DNA of 64,000 nt from Lingula anatina (taxonomy: Eukaryota; Animalia; Brachiopoda). Under the pieces are notes generated by a model. That model made no database searches, had not been told where the DNA came from, and saw only the letters and a list, made by a program, of their open reading frames with translations. This document shows positions 62,181 through 64,000 of this stretch, in pieces. The translations under genes and the position numbers were made by a program. Numbering within the stretch: the stretch's first letter is position 1; the number at the start of each line of letters is the position of its first letter. The DNA is taken from NCBI GenBank assembly GCA_051362555.1, contig CM120643.1, positions 12,002,644 to 12,066,643 of the forward strand, given 5' to 3'.

Positions 62181-63198
62181 TGGCGCTCTGGTAAGGATGG
62201 TCATCACTTGGGGAGTTCCCGAAAAACAGCGTACACTTTCTGTGAGTCACGTTTTAGTGAAAACTTAGGAGCCTGTTACAGTAACGTTATTCTCACTTGC
62301 TGAAACGAGTGCAAAATATTGTAAGTGGAACTCTGCAAATGTTTTATTTAAATTCTGTTCGGAGCAGGGGGGGGGGGGGTAAGAAAAGTCAGACGATAGA
62401 CTAAATGACGGACGAAAACAGCTACAAAACACGGAATTAAGGACACATTTTGAAATGAAATTTTGGGCTCTTTATGCCCTTGCATTTTTAATAATCCCTC
62501 ACATCATTACTTCCCCACATTGTGACACCCCTGCGTCGTTACACGAGCCCCCTTTAGCAAAACTAATATTAATACCTTCCCTGCACTGTTACTCCCCTTA
62601 TTGTTTTCTAAAAGATTATTTAAGCTTTAAGAGTTTTCTCAAGAAAGTATGCTATATACATTGTGTCATGTTAGAGTTTTAAAAGACAAATTATAATAAC
62701 AGCAAAAAAGATGAGGGTAATTTTTTATTTATCTGCTGTTTTTCAGTTAGGTATTTTATATGAATAACTGTAAGCACTACATTACAGTTACAACTATTGG
62801 CATAATTATAAACGAGTAATAGTTGAAAATATATATATAATTTGCTCTTGCGTGTCACATAGAGTGGATGACAAGTATATAGTTGGAACAGAGTTATCCT
62901 GAGGCTGTGCTTTAAACAACAGGATGAACATGTTAGTGAAATAAAAATGATTTGTTCTATTGTTCAGGGTGCCAGCCATGTGATAACATCATAATTTTCA
63001 TCAGTCGCATAATTTTCAAGATTTTTTTCCATAACAAACTTGTGGTTTATCTCCAGTCGTCAAACACCAACAGAAGAATGGATCACAGCAACTGAGTACA
63101 TCCTTAAAAATACAAAAAATTTGGAATTTTTCAGATGTGACTAATGTAGAAAAATTCCAATAGAGGGCCCTGTCCAACGCAAGCCTTGGGCCAGGAAC

Positions 63199-64000
63199 AT
63201 GGAAGTTGACTATCCACCTCCTCAAATTTGTATGGATCAGAGTTCTAAGGGAAATGGGAAAAGTACTCCAGATACCGATCACTCCTATAGCAGTGTCCTC
63301 GTAGATGACTCACATGTGGATGAGAGCTATAACGACTATAGTATAAAACCAAATTCCCAGAATAATGTGCATCTTCAGGGGAAACTTGAGATGGATGCTG
63401 GAGACAATTTGTGTCAGGGAAATATTGACTCGGAGACGGGATTATATACTGAAGCAACTATTGTAATCAGAAAGCCAACAGAGGATGGTAGGATAAAAAC
63501 ACAGGAGGAACGACTAGGTACTACGGAAAAATGTGCTGCCAAAGGTAATGCATTGTCACAAAATTGGGGACAGATCCATATAGTGAAGGAGAATGATGAA
63601 CACTCAACTCCCCAGAACTTGAGAGACCCACATCCTCATTCAGTTGACCACATGGACACATCAGATAATTTGATAAAGGTGGAGAACTTGAGTAACAGTG
63701 CCATAGGAGTGCCAACAGTGCCACAATTGGAGTCGGAACACTGTTATGGGAAGAACAGTAGAGATTATAATCAGGAGATTAAAACGAATCAGAATGTGGA
63801 GGGCAGTGATGACACTGATATGGAGATTGATATAGAGATTGGAGTGGAAGAAGTAGAAGTGAATACACTGGAAGATGTTGATGAGGGAAGTGGCATGGAG
63901 GTTGAAGAGGAAAATCAAGTTCTGATTGAACCAGAGGAAGTTGAAGTGTCAACAAAGTCAGAGGATGGAAAAAGTGATACTCCAGGAAGTAGTAAGAAGG
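63199..64000 (+). CDS. N-terminal part of an acidic low-complexity protein, truncated by the window end (possibly a nuclear or zinc-finger factor)
   Basis: Uninterrupted frame of 267 codons MEVDYPPPQICMDQSSKGNGKSTPDTDHSY...LESEHCY...DMEIDIEIGVEEVEV..., preceded by an in-frame stop and a splice acceptor at 63134. It is missing from the ORF track because no stop is reached. Confidence 0.75.
   Translation, partial: MEVDYPPPQICMDQSSKGNGKSTPDTDHSYSSVLVDDSHVDESYNDYSIKPNSQNNVHLQGKLEMDAGDNLCQGNIDSETGLYTEATIVIRKPTEDGRIKTQEERLGTTEKCAAKGNALSQNWGQIHIVKENDEHSTPQNLRDPHPHSVDHMDTSDNLIKVENLSNSAIGVPTVPQLESEHCYGKNSRDYNQEIKTNQNVEGSDDTDMEIDIEIGVEEVEVNTLEDVDEGSGMEVEEENQVLIEPEEVEVSTKSEDGKSDTPGSSKK

Overview
AT-rich animal genomic DNA with spliceosomal introns; the repeat families suggest a lophotrochozoan, probably a mollusc (inference). 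From left to right: a dead Tc1/mariner element; a 4-exon secreted protein with three chitin-binding (CBM14) domains (-); GFOD1/2-like (+); a spliced 5'TOP-type non-coding gene with structured intronic islands (-, 18-21 kb); a roughly 18-exon, repeat-built, apparently non-coding transcription unit (-, 22.5-29 kb) with a TATA/Inr promoter, ten tandemly duplicated exon+intron units, and an exonised Penelope-like remnant carrying a degenerate hammerhead; a 5'-less MOV10-like helicase copy disabled by a frameshift and by a TTAA-flanked Kolobok-like insertion in motif VI; Helentron-type non-autonomous elements, one interrupted by a young L2-clade LINE; a complete 7-exon USB1 gene (-) whose first intron holds an intact but catalytically degenerate TatD-like ORF and a hAT remnant; and the 5' part of an acidic protein gene (+) running off the window. 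All calls were made by eye from motifs, splice sites and reading phase; no searches were run.
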